Below, one piece after another: positions 37,147 through 46,775 of a DNA stretch of 64,000 bases; position 1 is the stretch's first letter, and each line of letters opens with the position of its first letter. The translations under genes and the position numbers were made by a program. Source of the DNA: Aggregatilineales bacterium (lineage in GTDB: Bacteria; Chloroflexota; Anaerolineae; Aggregatilineales; Phototrophicaceae); NCBI GenBank assembly GCA_963668265.1, contig OY764157.1, forward strand, positions 2,568,528-2,632,527, written 5' to 3'. The notes beneath the pieces were generated by a model that saw only the letters and a list, made by a program, of their open reading frames with translations, was not told the origin of the DNA and made no database searches.

Positions 37147-38535
37147 ATGGAATGGTTGTTTCTCATCGTGAGTTTCGTGGCGGTCCTGGCGGCCGTCATG
37201 ATGCTGACGCGACAAAACGCGGTGCACAGCGCCCTCTTCCTCATCGTCAATTTTGGCTGCGTCGCCTTTCTGTACTTGATGCTGGACGCGCCCTTCCTGG
37301 CGATGGTGCAGGTCACTGTGTACACCGGCGCCATCATGGTGCTCTTCCTTTTTGTCATCATGCTGCTCGGCGCGGAGACGACCACCGATACATCCGGGCG
37401 GATGCGCTGGCTGGGCTTGGCGGCGGCTGCCGTGGCGATTGCGCTGCTCGTCATCTTCGCTTTCCCGATCGCCTCCGATCTACTGGCGGATGACAAACCG
37501 GCGCCAGTCGACGCCCGCGCGCGCTTGCGGGTGATCAACGCGGTCCCTGGCGGCGATGGCGAAACCTTCACGATGGTGGAAATGGGGCGGTCCGTGCCGC
37601 TGGAAGGCGCGGTTGCCCTGAATGTGGCGCTGGACGCCCTGGACGAGGGGCAAAGCGATCGGCGGGTGGACGGAGTCGTCTACAACGACCCGCGGCCGAC
37701 CATACGCGGCTACAGTGAAATCGCCGCTGGCAGCTACACCGTGCTGGCGGGGGTCCGGGCGGGCGAGTATGTCTCCGCGCCCATCTTCACGCAGGAACTG
37801 GCGGCAGCGCCCGATTCGGCGCATACGGTCGCGCTCTACGAAAGCGCCGCAGGCATGATCGAGGCGGCCCTCCTGGAAGACGACATCAGCGCGCCGGCCG
37901 TGGGCAAGATGCGGCTCTCGCTCTTCAACGCGGTCACCGACAGGCTGGTCTCGCTGGTCGAGGTCGGGCAATATCGGGACCTGCGCAGTTTGTGCGACGA
38001 CTCCGCCTGCAACGCGCTCTTGCCGCATCGCGTTTTGATTGAGCGGCTGCCGGTCGGCGAGCAGGTCAGCATTGAGCTTGAGGAAGGTAGCTACAACTTG
38101 GCTTTGGTCGATGACGAGGCGACGGTGCTGCGGGCGCTGCCGGAATACGCGGCCGAGCGCGGCACAGTGGAGACGCGGGTGCTGGCGCGGGAGCCGGGCA
38201 TCCCCGGCAGCCTGCCGAGTTATCGCGCGTCGGTCTTCAACGCCATCGCGGCGCCGGCTTATGGCAGTCCCGAGTCTGTCGGGCAGGTCTTGTTCATTGA
38301 GTATGTGCTGCCGGTGATGCTGGTCGGCGTCTTGCTGCTGGTGGCGCTGATTGGCGTGATCGTGCTTGCGCGGCCAGACGCCTTGGCGCAGGCGGAGCGT
38401 CGGCGCGTCAATCGGCGGCGGCGGGTGAACCGTCCCCTGATTAGCGTCATCGCGCAGCAGACGGGCGGCGATGTGCTGGGCGGCGAATATGTGGCGAAGC
38501 TGCCGGGCGGCGATGACGAAGGCGGGAGCGACTAG
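37147..38535 (+). CDS. nuoJ: NADH-quinone oxidoreductase subunit J with a ~265-aa inserted soluble domain (462 aa)
   Basis: N-terminus AVHSALFLIVNFGCVAFLYLMLDAPFLAMVQVTVYTGAIMVLFLFVIMLL is canonical NuoJ. The last TM, VLFIEYVLPVMLVGVLLLVALIG, follows the insert. Confidence 0.8.
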   Translation: MEWLFLIVSFVAVLAAVMMLTRQNAVHSALFLIVNFGCVAFLYLMLDAPFLAMVQVTVYTGAIMVLFLFVIMLLGAETTTDTSGRMRWLGLAAAAVAIALLVIFAFPIASDLLADDKPAPVDARARLRVINAVPGGDGETFTMVEMGRSVPLEGAVALNVALDALDEGQSDRRVDGVVYNDPRPTIRGYSEIAAGSYTVLAGVRAGEYVSAPIFTQELAAAPDSAHTVALYESAAGMIEAALLEDDISAPAVGKMRLSLFNAVTDRLVSLVEVGQYRDLRSLCDDSACNALLPHRVLIERLPVGEQVSIELEEGSYNLALVDDEATVLRALPEYAAERGTVETRVLAREPGIPGSLPSYRASVFNAIAAPAYGSPESVGQVLFIEYVLPVMLVGVLLLVALIGVIVLARPDALAQAERRRVNRRRRVNRPLISVIAQQTGGDVLGGEYVAKLPGGDDEGGSD

Positions 38536-38538
38536 GCG

Positions 38539-38847
38539 ATGAACCCTATCGGCACGGAGCCCTATGTCATCTTGAGCATGGTGCTGTTCTTGCTGGGGGC
38601 GCTGGGCGTCCTCATGCGGCGCAACGCCATCTTGGTGTTCATGTCCGTCGAGCTGATGCTCAACGCAGCCAACCTGGCGCTGGTGGCTTTCGCCCGCGAA
38701 TGGGGGCAGGTCGACGGCCAGGTCTTCGTCTTCTTCGTGATGACCGTGGCGGCGGCGGAAGTGGCGGTGGGCTTGGCGCTAATCGTCAACATATTCCGCG
38801 AGCGCCGCAGCATCAATATCGACGACCTGCAGCAAATGCGCGGTTAA
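38539..38847 (+). CDS. nuoK: NADH-quinone oxidoreductase subunit K
   Basis: 102 aa with three TM segments. [16 protein letters not shown] ... [13 protein letters not shown]. Confidence 0.9.
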   Translation: MNPIGTEPYVILSMVLFLLGALGVLMRRNAILVFMSVELMLNAANLALVAFAREWGQVDGQVFVFFVMTVAAAEVAVGLALIVNIFRERRSINIDDLQQMRG

Positions 38848-38877
38848 GACTCAGCTGGCGGAAGAGGCGCCTACGGT

Positions 38878-41358
38878 ATGGAAAATCTGCCACTCTTGGT
38901 CCCCCTGGTGATATTCGCGCCCGCCCTCGGCGCCGCGATCAACTTCTTCTTTGGCGCCCGGCTCGAAGAGAAGTGGTCTGGCTATGTCGGCTGTTTCGCG
39001 TCGCTCTTTTCTTTTGTCATTTCTTTGCTCTTGCTGACTTATGTGACGGGCGCGAACGGCGCCGCGGCCGTGGTCAATCCGCCATTCTTTGACGGCTGGC
39101 TGCGCATCGAATCGGTCGGGCTGGACATCTCCTGGCAGCAGCGCGTTGACTCCCTCAGCGTGACCATGATGCTGGTGGTCACGGGCGTCGGCTCGCTGAT
39201 CCACTTGTACGCCCGCGGCTACATGCACGGCGACAAAGCTTACCCGCGCTTCTTCGCCTACTTGAATATGTTCCTCGCCTTCATGCTCACCTTGGTGACG
39301 GCGAACAATTTCTTGATGCTCTTCGTCGGCTGGGAAGGCGTCGGGCTCTGCTCCTTCTTGCTCATCGGCTTCTGGTGGGACAAAAAAGCGCCCGAAGGCT
39401 GGAAGAACAGCAACGCCGCCCGCAAAGCCTTCGTCGTCAACCGCATCGGCGACTTCGGCCTGCTCATGGCGATGTTCCTCATCTTCTGGACTTTCGGCAC
39501 GCTGGATTTCTACAAAGCGGGCGAGCTGCCCAACACCGAAGCCAAGTACCTGGTCAAGTGGCGCGAGCACAACGGCTTGCTGGCGCACGTGGAAGACAAG
39601 GACGAAGAAGCCAAAGACAGCGGGCAGGCAAAAGAATACAAGTGCGCGCCCGCCACGGCCGAAGCGCATGACGATCATGCCGACGCCAAGAGCGACGCCA
39701 ATCCGCTGGCCAGCGACATCCGCGCGCTGCACTGCGATAACAGCCGCTTCGAAAACGACATGCTGGGCGTCTTCGGGCAGACGAGCGCGCGCTTCGGACA
39801 AGGGGAGACGGTCGATTTCGGCGGCTTCCAGATGGCTTTCGACGATGTGATCGTCTTGATCGCGCTCTTCATGCTGCTCGGGGTCACGGGCAAGTCGGCG
39901 CAGATCCCGCTCTTTGTCTGGCTGCCAGACGCGATGGCGGGCCCCACGCCGGTCAGCGCCTTGATTCATGCGGCGACGATGGTCACGGCGGGCGTCTTCA
40001 TTCTGGTGCGCTCGAATGTGATGCTGTGGGAGTTGAATCACGGCGGCTATGTCATCGGCCTGGTCATCACCCTGGTCGGCGCAGGCACGGCTTTGATGGC
40101 GGGCTACATTGCGCTCGGGCAATGGGATATCAAGCGCGTCCTCGCCTATTCGACCATTTCGCAGCTCGGCTTCATGGTGGCTGCCGTCGGGATTGGCGCC
40201 TATGTCGCGGCCATGTTCCATCTGGTCACGCACGCCGTCTTCAAAGCGCTGCTGTTCCTGGGCAGCGGCTCCGTCATCCATGGCGTGGAGCACGGGCATC
40301 ATCACGCGCGCGAGCACGATCGTCATGGCCACGGCGACGACCATGCTGAGCACCATGACGATGAGGAATTCGACCCGCAAGACATGCGCAACATGGGTGG
40401 TTTGCGGCGGCGCATGCCCATCACCTACTTGACATATCTGGTCGGCACACTGGCGCTGGCGGGCATCTTTCCCTTCGCCGGCTTCTGGTCAAAGGACGAG
40501 ATTCTCGCCGACGCCTGGCACGAGGGCTTCGAGCTCAACGAACTCAGCGGTTTCATCGCCTTTGGCGTGCTGCTGGCAGCGGCCGCCTTCACCGCTTTCT
40601 ACATGTGGCGGCAGATCGTGCTGGTCTTCTTCGACAAGCCACGCAGCGAGGCGGCGCGGCAGGCGCCCGAAAGCAACGGCGCGATGCTGATTCCGCTGCT
40701 GATTCTCGCCTTCTTCAGCCTTTTCATCGGCTTCATCAATGTGCCCAAGGCGACGCCACTGTTTGACGGCATTTACCACGCCTATGAATTCAAGTACTTC
40801 CTGGAGCACAGCCTGGTCAGCGTCTCCCGCGGGCACTCGCTGGACTTCAATATACTGATCGCCGGCGTCGCCCTCGCTTTGGGCATCGTCTCGATCATGG
40901 CGGCGCATCGCGTTTACAAAGGCAAGGGCTTGGCCAGCGACAACCGCGACCAGCTCGAGGCCGGCGGCGCCTCCGCCCCCTTGTTCCGGCTGGCAAATGC
41001 CCGCTTGTACTGGGACGAGATCTATTCCGCCCTCATCGAGCAGCCCTTCAATCGCCTGTCGCGCTTCCTGGCCGACCGCGTCGATTGGGATTTCCTGCAC
41101 GACTATTTTCACGACAGCCTCATCAAGCGCGGCTTTGACACCATCGGCGAATTGCTGAGCCGGCCCTTCGACCTGGGCATCGTGGACGGGGCGGTCAACG
41201 GTCTGGGCATCGTCGTGGCCCGCGCGGCCGAGTGGATGCGGCGCTCCCAGACTGGCTATGTCCGCTTTTACGCGGTGGCGCTCTTCATCGGCGTCGTCGC
41301 CGTCATTCTGCTGATGATCATGCCCTTTATCCAGATCATGCTACAAAGTGGCGCTTAA
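38878..41358 (+). CDS. nuoL: NADH-quinone oxidoreductase subunit L, long form (826 aa)
   Basis: WEGVGLCSFLLIGFW, GKSAQIPLFVWLPDAMAGPTPVSALIHAATMVTAG, FWSKDEIL. Confidence 0.9.
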   Translation: MENLPLLVPLVIFAPALGAAINFFFGARLEEKWSGYVGCFASLFSFVISLLLLTYVTGANGAAAVVNPPFFDGWLRIESVGLDISWQQRVDSLSVTMMLVVTGVGSLIHLYARGYMHGDKAYPRFFAYLNMFLAFMLTLVTANNFLMLFVGWEGVGLCSFLLIGFWWDKKAPEGWKNSNAARKAFVVNRIGDFGLLMAMFLIFWTFGTLDFYKAGELPNTEAKYLVKWREHNGLLAHVEDKDEEAKDSGQAKEYKCAPATAEAHDDHADAKSDANPLASDIRALHCDNSRFENDMLGVFGQTSARFGQGETVDFGGFQMAFDDVIVLIALFMLLGVTGKSAQIPLFVWLPDAMAGPTPVSALIHAATMVTAGVFILVRSNVMLWELNHGGYVIGLVITLVGAGTALMAGYIALGQWDIKRVLAYSTISQLGFMVAAVGIGAYVAAMFHLVTHAVFKALLFLGSGSVIHGVEHGHHHAREHDRHGHGDDHAEHHDDEEFDPQDMRNMGGLRRRMPITYLTYLVGTLALAGIFPFAGFWSKDEILADAWHEGFELNELSGFIAFGVLLAAAAFTAFYMWRQIVLVFFDKPRSEAARQAPESNGAMLIPLLILAFFSLFIGFINVPKATPLFDGIYHAYEFKYFLEHSLVSVSRGHSLDFNILIAGVALALGIVSIMAAHRVYKGKGLASDNRDQLEAGGASAPLFRLANARLYWDEIYSALIEQPFNRLSRFLADRVDWDFLHDYFHDSLIKRGFDTIGELLSRPFDLGIVDGAVNGLGIVVARAAEWMRRSQTGYVRFYAVALFIGVVAVILLMIMPFIQIMLQSGA

Positions 41359-41373
41359 GGAGAACGCAGTCCT

Positions 41374-42981
41374 ATGGATGTAACTGGACTCTCGCTCACC
41401 ACCATCACCTTGTTCCTGCCCCTGGTCGGCTTGTTCATTCTCTTGCTGATGAACGGCGAGACCCAGAAGGCGAACCTGAAGTGGGTGGCTTTCGCGACCA
41501 GCATCGTCACTTTCGCGTCCTCGGTCTTGATGTGGATCAACTTCGACCCCGGCACAGCCGAGCTGCAGATGGCGCAGCGCAACACCTGGGCGGAGGTCTC
41601 GCTGGGCGATACCAGCATCAACATCAGTTACTTCGTCGGCGTCGACGGCATCTCCATGCTGCTCGTGCTACTGACGACTTTCATCATGCCCATCGCCATC
41701 CTCGGCTCTTTCGGCAGCCACATCTTTGAAGAGCGCGGGCGCGAGAAACTGTATTACATCTTCTTGATGCTGCTGGAATGGGCGATGCTCGGCGTCTTCG
41801 TGACCCACGACCTGATCATCTTCTATGTCTTCTGGGAAGTAACGCTGGTGCCGATGTACTTCCTCATCGGCATTTGGGGCGCGGAGGAGCGGATTTACGC
41901 CGCCGTCAAATTCTTCCTCTACACGATGGCGGGCTCAATTTTGATGCTCATCGCCATTCTCTATGTCGGCAACCGCGCCGGCACGTTCAGCACCTACAGC
42001 GCCGGCGGCGACGCGGGCGTCATCGAAATGGTGCAGACCTGGGAAGGCGACGGCACATACTGGGATGCGGTCGGTCCCGACTCCGACGGCGAGGAAGAAG
42101 GCTTCCTGCTCAACTCGGTCGAGAGCTGGCTCTTCCTCGGCTTCTTGGTGGCTTTCGCCATCAAAGTGCCGATCTTCCCCTTCCATAGCTGGCTGCCAGA
42201 CGCGCATGTGCAGGCGCCAACAGCCGGCTCCGTCATCCTGGCGGGGGTGCTGCTGAAGATGGGCACCTACGGCATCGTGCGGTTTAACTTGAGTTTGTTC
42301 CCGGAAGCGACCGTCGCCTGGGCGCCCACGATCGCCTTTCTCGGCGTCGTCGGCATCATCTATGGCGCCTGGGTCAGCTACGCCCAGGATAATGTCAAGA
42401 AACTGGTCGCCTATTCGTCGGTGAGTCATTTGGGCTTTGTCGTGCTGGGCATCTTCGCGCTGAACGCCCAGGGCTTGCAAGGCGCGACCCTGCAAATGGT
42501 CAATCACGGCATCAGCACCGGCGGGCTCTTCTTGATCGTCGGCATGCTGTACGAGCGCTGGCACACCAAGGAAATGGCGGATTACGGCGGCATCTGGAAA
42601 GCCATGCCCCTCTTCGGCGCGATCAGCCTGGTCATCTCGCTCAGCAGCATGGGTTTGCCGGGCCTCAACGGTTTCATCGGCGAGTTCACGATCCTGCTCG
42701 GCTCGCTGGGCAGCGACTATCTCGGTTTCGCCTTCACGCTCTTTGGCACGCTGGGCGTCATCCTGGCGGCGGTCTACCTGCTCAAGATGTACCAGCATGT
42801 CTTCATGGGCGAGCTGCGCAACCCCCTCAGCGACGAAGAAGGCTACAAACTGACCTGGTACGAGAAAGCCGCCTACATCCCCGTCATCATCATGGTCTTC
42901 TGGATTGGCTTGCAGCCCATCGTCTTCTTCAACATGCTGGATCTTTCCGTCGATAGCATCGCCGCTATCTTCGTTCGCTAG
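41374..42981 (+). CDS. nuoM: NADH-quinone oxidoreductase subunit M
   Basis: FPFHSWLPDAHVQAPTAGSVILAGVLLKMGTYG, VAYSSVSHLGFVVLG. Confidence 0.9.
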   Translation: MDVTGLSLTTITLFLPLVGLFILLLMNGETQKANLKWVAFATSIVTFASSVLMWINFDPGTAELQMAQRNTWAEVSLGDTSINISYFVGVDGISMLLVLLTTFIMPIAILGSFGSHIFEERGREKLYYIFLMLLEWAMLGVFVTHDLIIFYVFWEVTLVPMYFLIGIWGAEERIYAAVKFFLYTMAGSILMLIAILYVGNRAGTFSTYSAGGDAGVIEMVQTWEGDGTYWDAVGPDSDGEEEGFLLNSVESWLFLGFLVAFAIKVPIFPFHSWLPDAHVQAPTAGSVILAGVLLKMGTYGIVRFNLSLFPEATVAWAPTIAFLGVVGIIYGAWVSYAQDNVKKLVAYSSVSHLGFVVLGIFALNAQGLQGATLQMVNHGISTGGLFLIVGMLYERWHTKEMADYGGIWKAMPLFGAISLVISLSSMGLPGLNGFIGEFTILLGSLGSDYLGFAFTLFGTLGVILAAVYLLKMYQHVFMGELRNPLSDEEGYKLTWYEKAAYIPVIIMVFWIGLQPIVFFNMLDLSVDSIAAIFVR

Positions 42982-42989
42982 GAGCGCAC

Positions 42990-44528
42990 ATGTTCGAGTC
43001 GCCCACTATCGCGGAATTCGTGGCGCAATCCAACCTGGTCGCGACCCTGCCGGGCAGCCTGCTCATGGCCTGGACGCTCGTCGTCATCCTCGTCGATCTG
43101 TTCGCCGGCGAGGAGCGCAAACGCTGGACGCCGATCCTGGCCAGCGTCGGCCTGGGCCTCAGCTTGCTCGCCAACATGGCTGTCTACGCCCCTGCCGAAG
43201 GCGAGCAAACCGCGCTCTATGGCATGTTCATCGCCGACGCATTCACCGGGTTCCTGAACATCGTCATCTTGGTCGCCACTTTCATCGCCATTCTGATGAG
43301 CTGGGATTACCTCAATCGCAGCGACATTCACCGCGGCGAGTATTATATTCTGGCTCTGCTGTCGTCGGCGGGCGCGATGTTCATGGTGGGCGCGAACGAC
43401 TTGATCGTCGTTTTCGTCGCCCTGGAGCTGCTCAGCATTCCGCTCTACATTCTGGCGGCTTTCCGCTCCATCAAGAACGACGGCAGCGAACTCTCGCTGA
43501 AGTCCGAAGAGAGCGGGATGAAGTATTTCATTCTGGGCGCCTTCTCCAGCGCTTTCCTGGTCTTTGGCGCGGCATTGGTCTATGGCGCGACTGGCAGCAC
43601 CAACATCCCGACGATATTCGCGGCGGCTGGGGGCATCGTCGGCGCGGCGACCACGGCGACATTCTACCTGCTGGTCGGCGCGGCGCTGCTGATTGTCGGC
43701 CTGGGCTTCAAAGTGGCGGTCGTGCCTTTCCACATGTGGACGCCCGACGTCTATGAAGGCGCGCCCACTCCCGTAACCGCTTACATGAGCGTGACCGCCA
43801 AGGTAGGCGGGTTCGCCGCTCTGCTGCGCGTGCTCGTCAGCGGGCTTTCCGTGCTGGTCCTGGCGGAGGGCGAGCCGGCCGCCTGGCAGACGACCGCGAC
43901 CGTCATCGCCATCCTGACGCTGGCTTTGGGGAACTTCGTCGCCATTTCGCAGCGCAATCTCAAACGCATGCTCGCGTATTCCTCGATTGCCCACGCCGGC
44001 TACATCATGGTGGCGGTGGCGGCGACGGGCGCGGCGGGCGTGATCGACGCGGCGACTCAGGGCGCGCTCGTTTACATCATGGCTTACATGTTCACCAATC
44101 TTGGCGCCTTTGCGGTGGTCATGGCGATTGAGCGCGAAGACGGCGGCGGCGGCAATATCGACGACATCACGGGCTTGGCGCGCTCCCGCCCTTTGATGGC
44201 GATGGCGATGACCGTCTTTATGCTCAGTTTGACCGGCATCCCGCTGACGGCTGGCTTCGTCGGCAAAGTCATGGTCTTCGCCGCGGCGGTGCAGGCCGGG
44301 CTCTTTGGCTTGGCGATCATCGGCGTGCTCACCAGCGTCGTCAGCGCCTTCTATTACATGCGCGTAGTCGTCAACATGTATCTGCGCGATTCCTCTGGCG
44401 AGCTGCAGCCCGCGCTGGAGACCCCCGCCGTGCGCTGGGCGATCAATATCGCGCTGGCGGGCACGCTGATCTTCGGCATCTTTTATCCCTTGGCGACCAA
44501 CCTTGTCGGCATGGTCAGCCTCGCTTGA
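42990..44528 (+). CDS. nuoN: NADH-quinone oxidoreductase subunit N
   Basis: VPFHMWTPDVYEGAPTPVTAYMSV, LAYSSIAHAGYIMV. Confidence 0.9.
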   Translation: MFESPTIAEFVAQSNLVATLPGSLLMAWTLVVILVDLFAGEERKRWTPILASVGLGLSLLANMAVYAPAEGEQTALYGMFIADAFTGFLNIVILVATFIAILMSWDYLNRSDIHRGEYYILALLSSAGAMFMVGANDLIVVFVALELLSIPLYILAAFRSIKNDGSELSLKSEESGMKYFILGAFSSAFLVFGAALVYGATGSTNIPTIFAAAGGIVGAATTATFYLLVGAALLIVGLGFKVAVVPFHMWTPDVYEGAPTPVTAYMSVTAKVGGFAALLRVLVSGLSVLVLAEGEPAAWQTTATVIAILTLALGNFVAISQRNLKRMLAYSSIAHAGYIMVAVAATGAAGVIDAATQGALVYIMAYMFTNLGAFAVVMAIEREDGGGGNIDDITGLARSRPLMAMAMTVFMLSLTGIPLTAGFVGKVMVFAAAVQAGLFGLAIIGVLTSVVSAFYYMRVVVNMYLRDSSGELQPALETPAVRWAINIALAGTLIFGIFYPLATNLVGMVSLA

Positions 44529-44837
44529 GCCGGCCGCGGCCAGGGCATCCTTCGCTTGGCAAAACCGCCAGCCACGCGCCTTGCTGACGGGCGCGTCGAT
44601 TACGATGTCGCCCAAAGAGCGCGACGGCTTTTCCTGGGCTTTGCCGGCTGCCGCCAAAGGCGTCGGCCAGGCTCCGGTCCCCTGGGCACGGCGCGGACCG
44701 TCTTCGCCCTCAAGCGCGCTCCGCAGCCGATCCGCGCGGTATAATGGCTGGGCGCGGCGCGCATCGTCTTCAGCGTTTTCGTCTTGCGGCTGCGCCCGCG
44801 CTTAACGTCGCCCACGAGGCGGGATAGCGATTAGCCG

Positions 44838-45362
44838 ATGCCGACACAAGAATTGCCCGCCGAGCTTCGCCGCGACCTGGAGCGCAATCGGGAAGCGCGT
44901 CTGTCGTCGCGCCAGCGCATTGAGCTGATCACGGCGCCGCTCTCGACCTTGCTCCTGCTTTCCGTGCCGCTAATTTTGCTGGCGGGCAGATACGGTCCCG
45001 CCGGCCGCGTGATCGTGCTGGCGCTCATCGCCGGCTTCGTCATCACAATCGGTTTGCGCGCGTTTCGCTTCTGGCGCGTCAAACTGTGTTACCGCTTGCT
45101 CTTTGCCGAGGCGACCGGGGCAAGCCGCTTCTTCCGCCGCAAAACCACCTTGGCCAGCCAGTCGGGCGACACGGTCAAATTCGACGAGCGACTCTCGCGC
45201 AAGCAGAAAATCAAGCCGGACCAGTCGCTGCATGTCTACTTTGTGGAGACGGCCGGCCGGCGCATTTTGCTGAACATGACGCCCCGCGACCATGATCAGG
45301 CGCACCTGGCGGAACCGAGCGAGCGCTTCGAGCAATTGGGCGGGCGCTTCTACGCCGATTGA
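44838..45362 (+). CDS. hypothetical membrane protein (2 TM plus a soluble C-terminus)
   Basis: 174-aa ORF with hydrophobic segments LSTLLLLSVPLILLAG and VIVLALIAGFVITIGL. No family recognised. Confidence 0.45.
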   Translation: MPTQELPAELRRDLERNREARLSSRQRIELITAPLSTLLLLSVPLILLAGRYGPAGRVIVLALIAGFVITIGLRAFRFWRVKLCYRLLFAEATGASRFFRRKTTLASQSGDTVKFDERLSRKQKIKPDQSLHVYFVETAGRRILLNMTPRDHDQAHLAEPSERFEQLGGRFYAD

Positions 45363-45373
45363 CTTCCCGCGAC

Positions 45374-46186
45374 TCAGAAACTTCCGCTCATCTCCAGCGC
45401 GTCGACGCAGCCCGCTTCCACCCATACGCCGCATTCGCCGCCCTTGTCGCTGATGCCCAGCTCAACGACCGTGCCGTCAAAACGCAGGACCGGGTGGTGA
45501 TACGCCGAGACTTGCCGCGCATCGCCATCAATGTAATGCCCCACCAGCGAACGGCGGAAACGCGAGGCGGAGCGGTTGGGGTAGCTGCCGTGAATCACTT
45601 GGCCGTTGAAGAACAAGACATCGCCGGCGCGCATCCGCATGGGGATGGACTGCATGCCGGCTGAGAGCGGCACGGCGATATCGGTAAAGCTCTCTGCGGT
45701 GTCGGCCGGCTGCGGGCAGATCAGCGGCAGTCTGTGGCTGCCCGGGACGACTTGCAGGCAGCCGTTCTCTTCATCGCAGTCTTCCAGCGCCATCCAGGCG
45801 GCAATGCACGTGCCCGGCTGCACACGAAGATAATACTGGTCTTGATGCAGCGCTTGCCCGCGGGCGCCCGGCGGCTTGAAATACGCCATGGTCTGCACGG
45901 CATAGGGCGTTTTCCCCAGCAAGCGGCGGAAGACTTCGGCGAGCCGCGCGTCCAGCAGCCAATTCCGCGTCCGCTCGTCCCAGCGCTGCATGTGAATCAT
46001 CCGCGGGAAGCGCTGCCAGGGGTCGCCCTCGCTGCCATCGGCGACGCCGGCGAAATCATCCGGATAGCTGCCATTCGCGCGCAAGTCCATATAATGCCGC
46101 AGGTAGCCCGCCACTTCCGCTTGCGCGAAGAGTCCGCGAACCAGCGCGTAGCCATTTTCTTCAAAGCCGTCGACATCCACTCTCAT
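45374..46186 (-). CDS. phytanoyl-CoA dioxygenase (PhyH) family Fe(II)/2-oxoglutarate oxygenase
   Basis: FEENGYALVRGLF N-terminus, ALHQDQYY (H-x-D), HGSYPNRS...R. GAGGA lies before the ATG. Confidence 0.8.
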   Translation of the reverse strand: MRVDVDGFEENGYALVRGLFAQAEVAGYLRHYMDLRANGSYPDDFAGVADGSEGDPWQRFPRMIHMQRWDERTRNWLLDARLAEVFRRLLGKTPYAVQTMAYFKPPGARGQALHQDQYYLRVQPGTCIAAWMALEDCDEENGCLQVVPGSHRLPLICPQPADTAESFTDIAVPLSAGMQSIPMRMRAGDVLFFNGQVIHGSYPNRSASRFRRSLVGHYIDGDARQVSAYHHPVLRFDGTVVELGISDKGGECGVWVEAGCVDALEMSGSF

Positions 46187-46274
46187 AAATCTGCTTCCTC
46201 CGCTCGCGTCTGGGCGAGAGCCAGCGCCTGGATTAGAATCCTCAGCCTGGATTCTACAGCGGAGGCCCAGCGAT

Positions 46275-46760
46275 ATGCAAACAAGGGGCGCGACTCATGT
46301 GCAGGCGGCGCTCGACGCCCTGGACCTGGGCATCACGGTCATCAGATTCGACAGCCCAACGGCGACGGCAAGCCAGGCTTCCGCCAATGCCGGCTGCGAG
46401 CTTGGGCAAATCGTCAAGAGTCTCGGCTTCCTCATCAACCGCTCTATGCCGGCGCTCGCGCTGGCCAGCGGCGACCAATCCATCGACGAGCGCAAACTGG
46501 CGGCGATCTACGGGGTGGGGCGCAAGAAAGCGCGCTTGATGACGGCGGCGCAATGCCTGGAAGTCCTCGGCTACGCGCCCGGCAGCGTCCCGCCGATTGC
46601 GCTGCGCGAGGAAAATGTGCCCGTCCACCTGGACGAGTCGCTGCGGCGCTATGAAACAGTCTACGCCAGTGGCGGCGCCGCCAACGCGCTCTTCCCGATT
46701 TCGCTTGCCAAACTGGTGGAGCTGACGCGGGGAAAATTCGCCGATCTCGCCCGGACCTGA
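46275..46760 (+). CDS. YbaK/EbsC-type aminoacyl-tRNA deacylase domain protein
   Basis: GQIVKSLGFL, GYAPGSVPPIAL, and a YASGG tail. GGAGG lies 9 nt before the ATG. Confidence 0.8.
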   Translation: MQTRGATHVQAALDALDLGITVIRFDSPTATASQASANAGCELGQIVKSLGFLINRSMPALALASGDQSIDERKLAAIYGVGRKKARLMTAAQCLEVLGYAPGSVPPIALREENVPVHLDESLRRYETVYASGGAANALFPISLAKLVELTRGKFADLART

Positions 46761-46775
46761 GCCAGCGGTCTCGCT

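Noticed and set aside
34894-44657. Antisense ORFs 34894-36684, 38851-40380 and 42978-44657 opposite nuoH, nuoL and nuoN
   Set aside because: The sense strands encode canonical complex I membrane subunits. These frames are GC-driven open frames.
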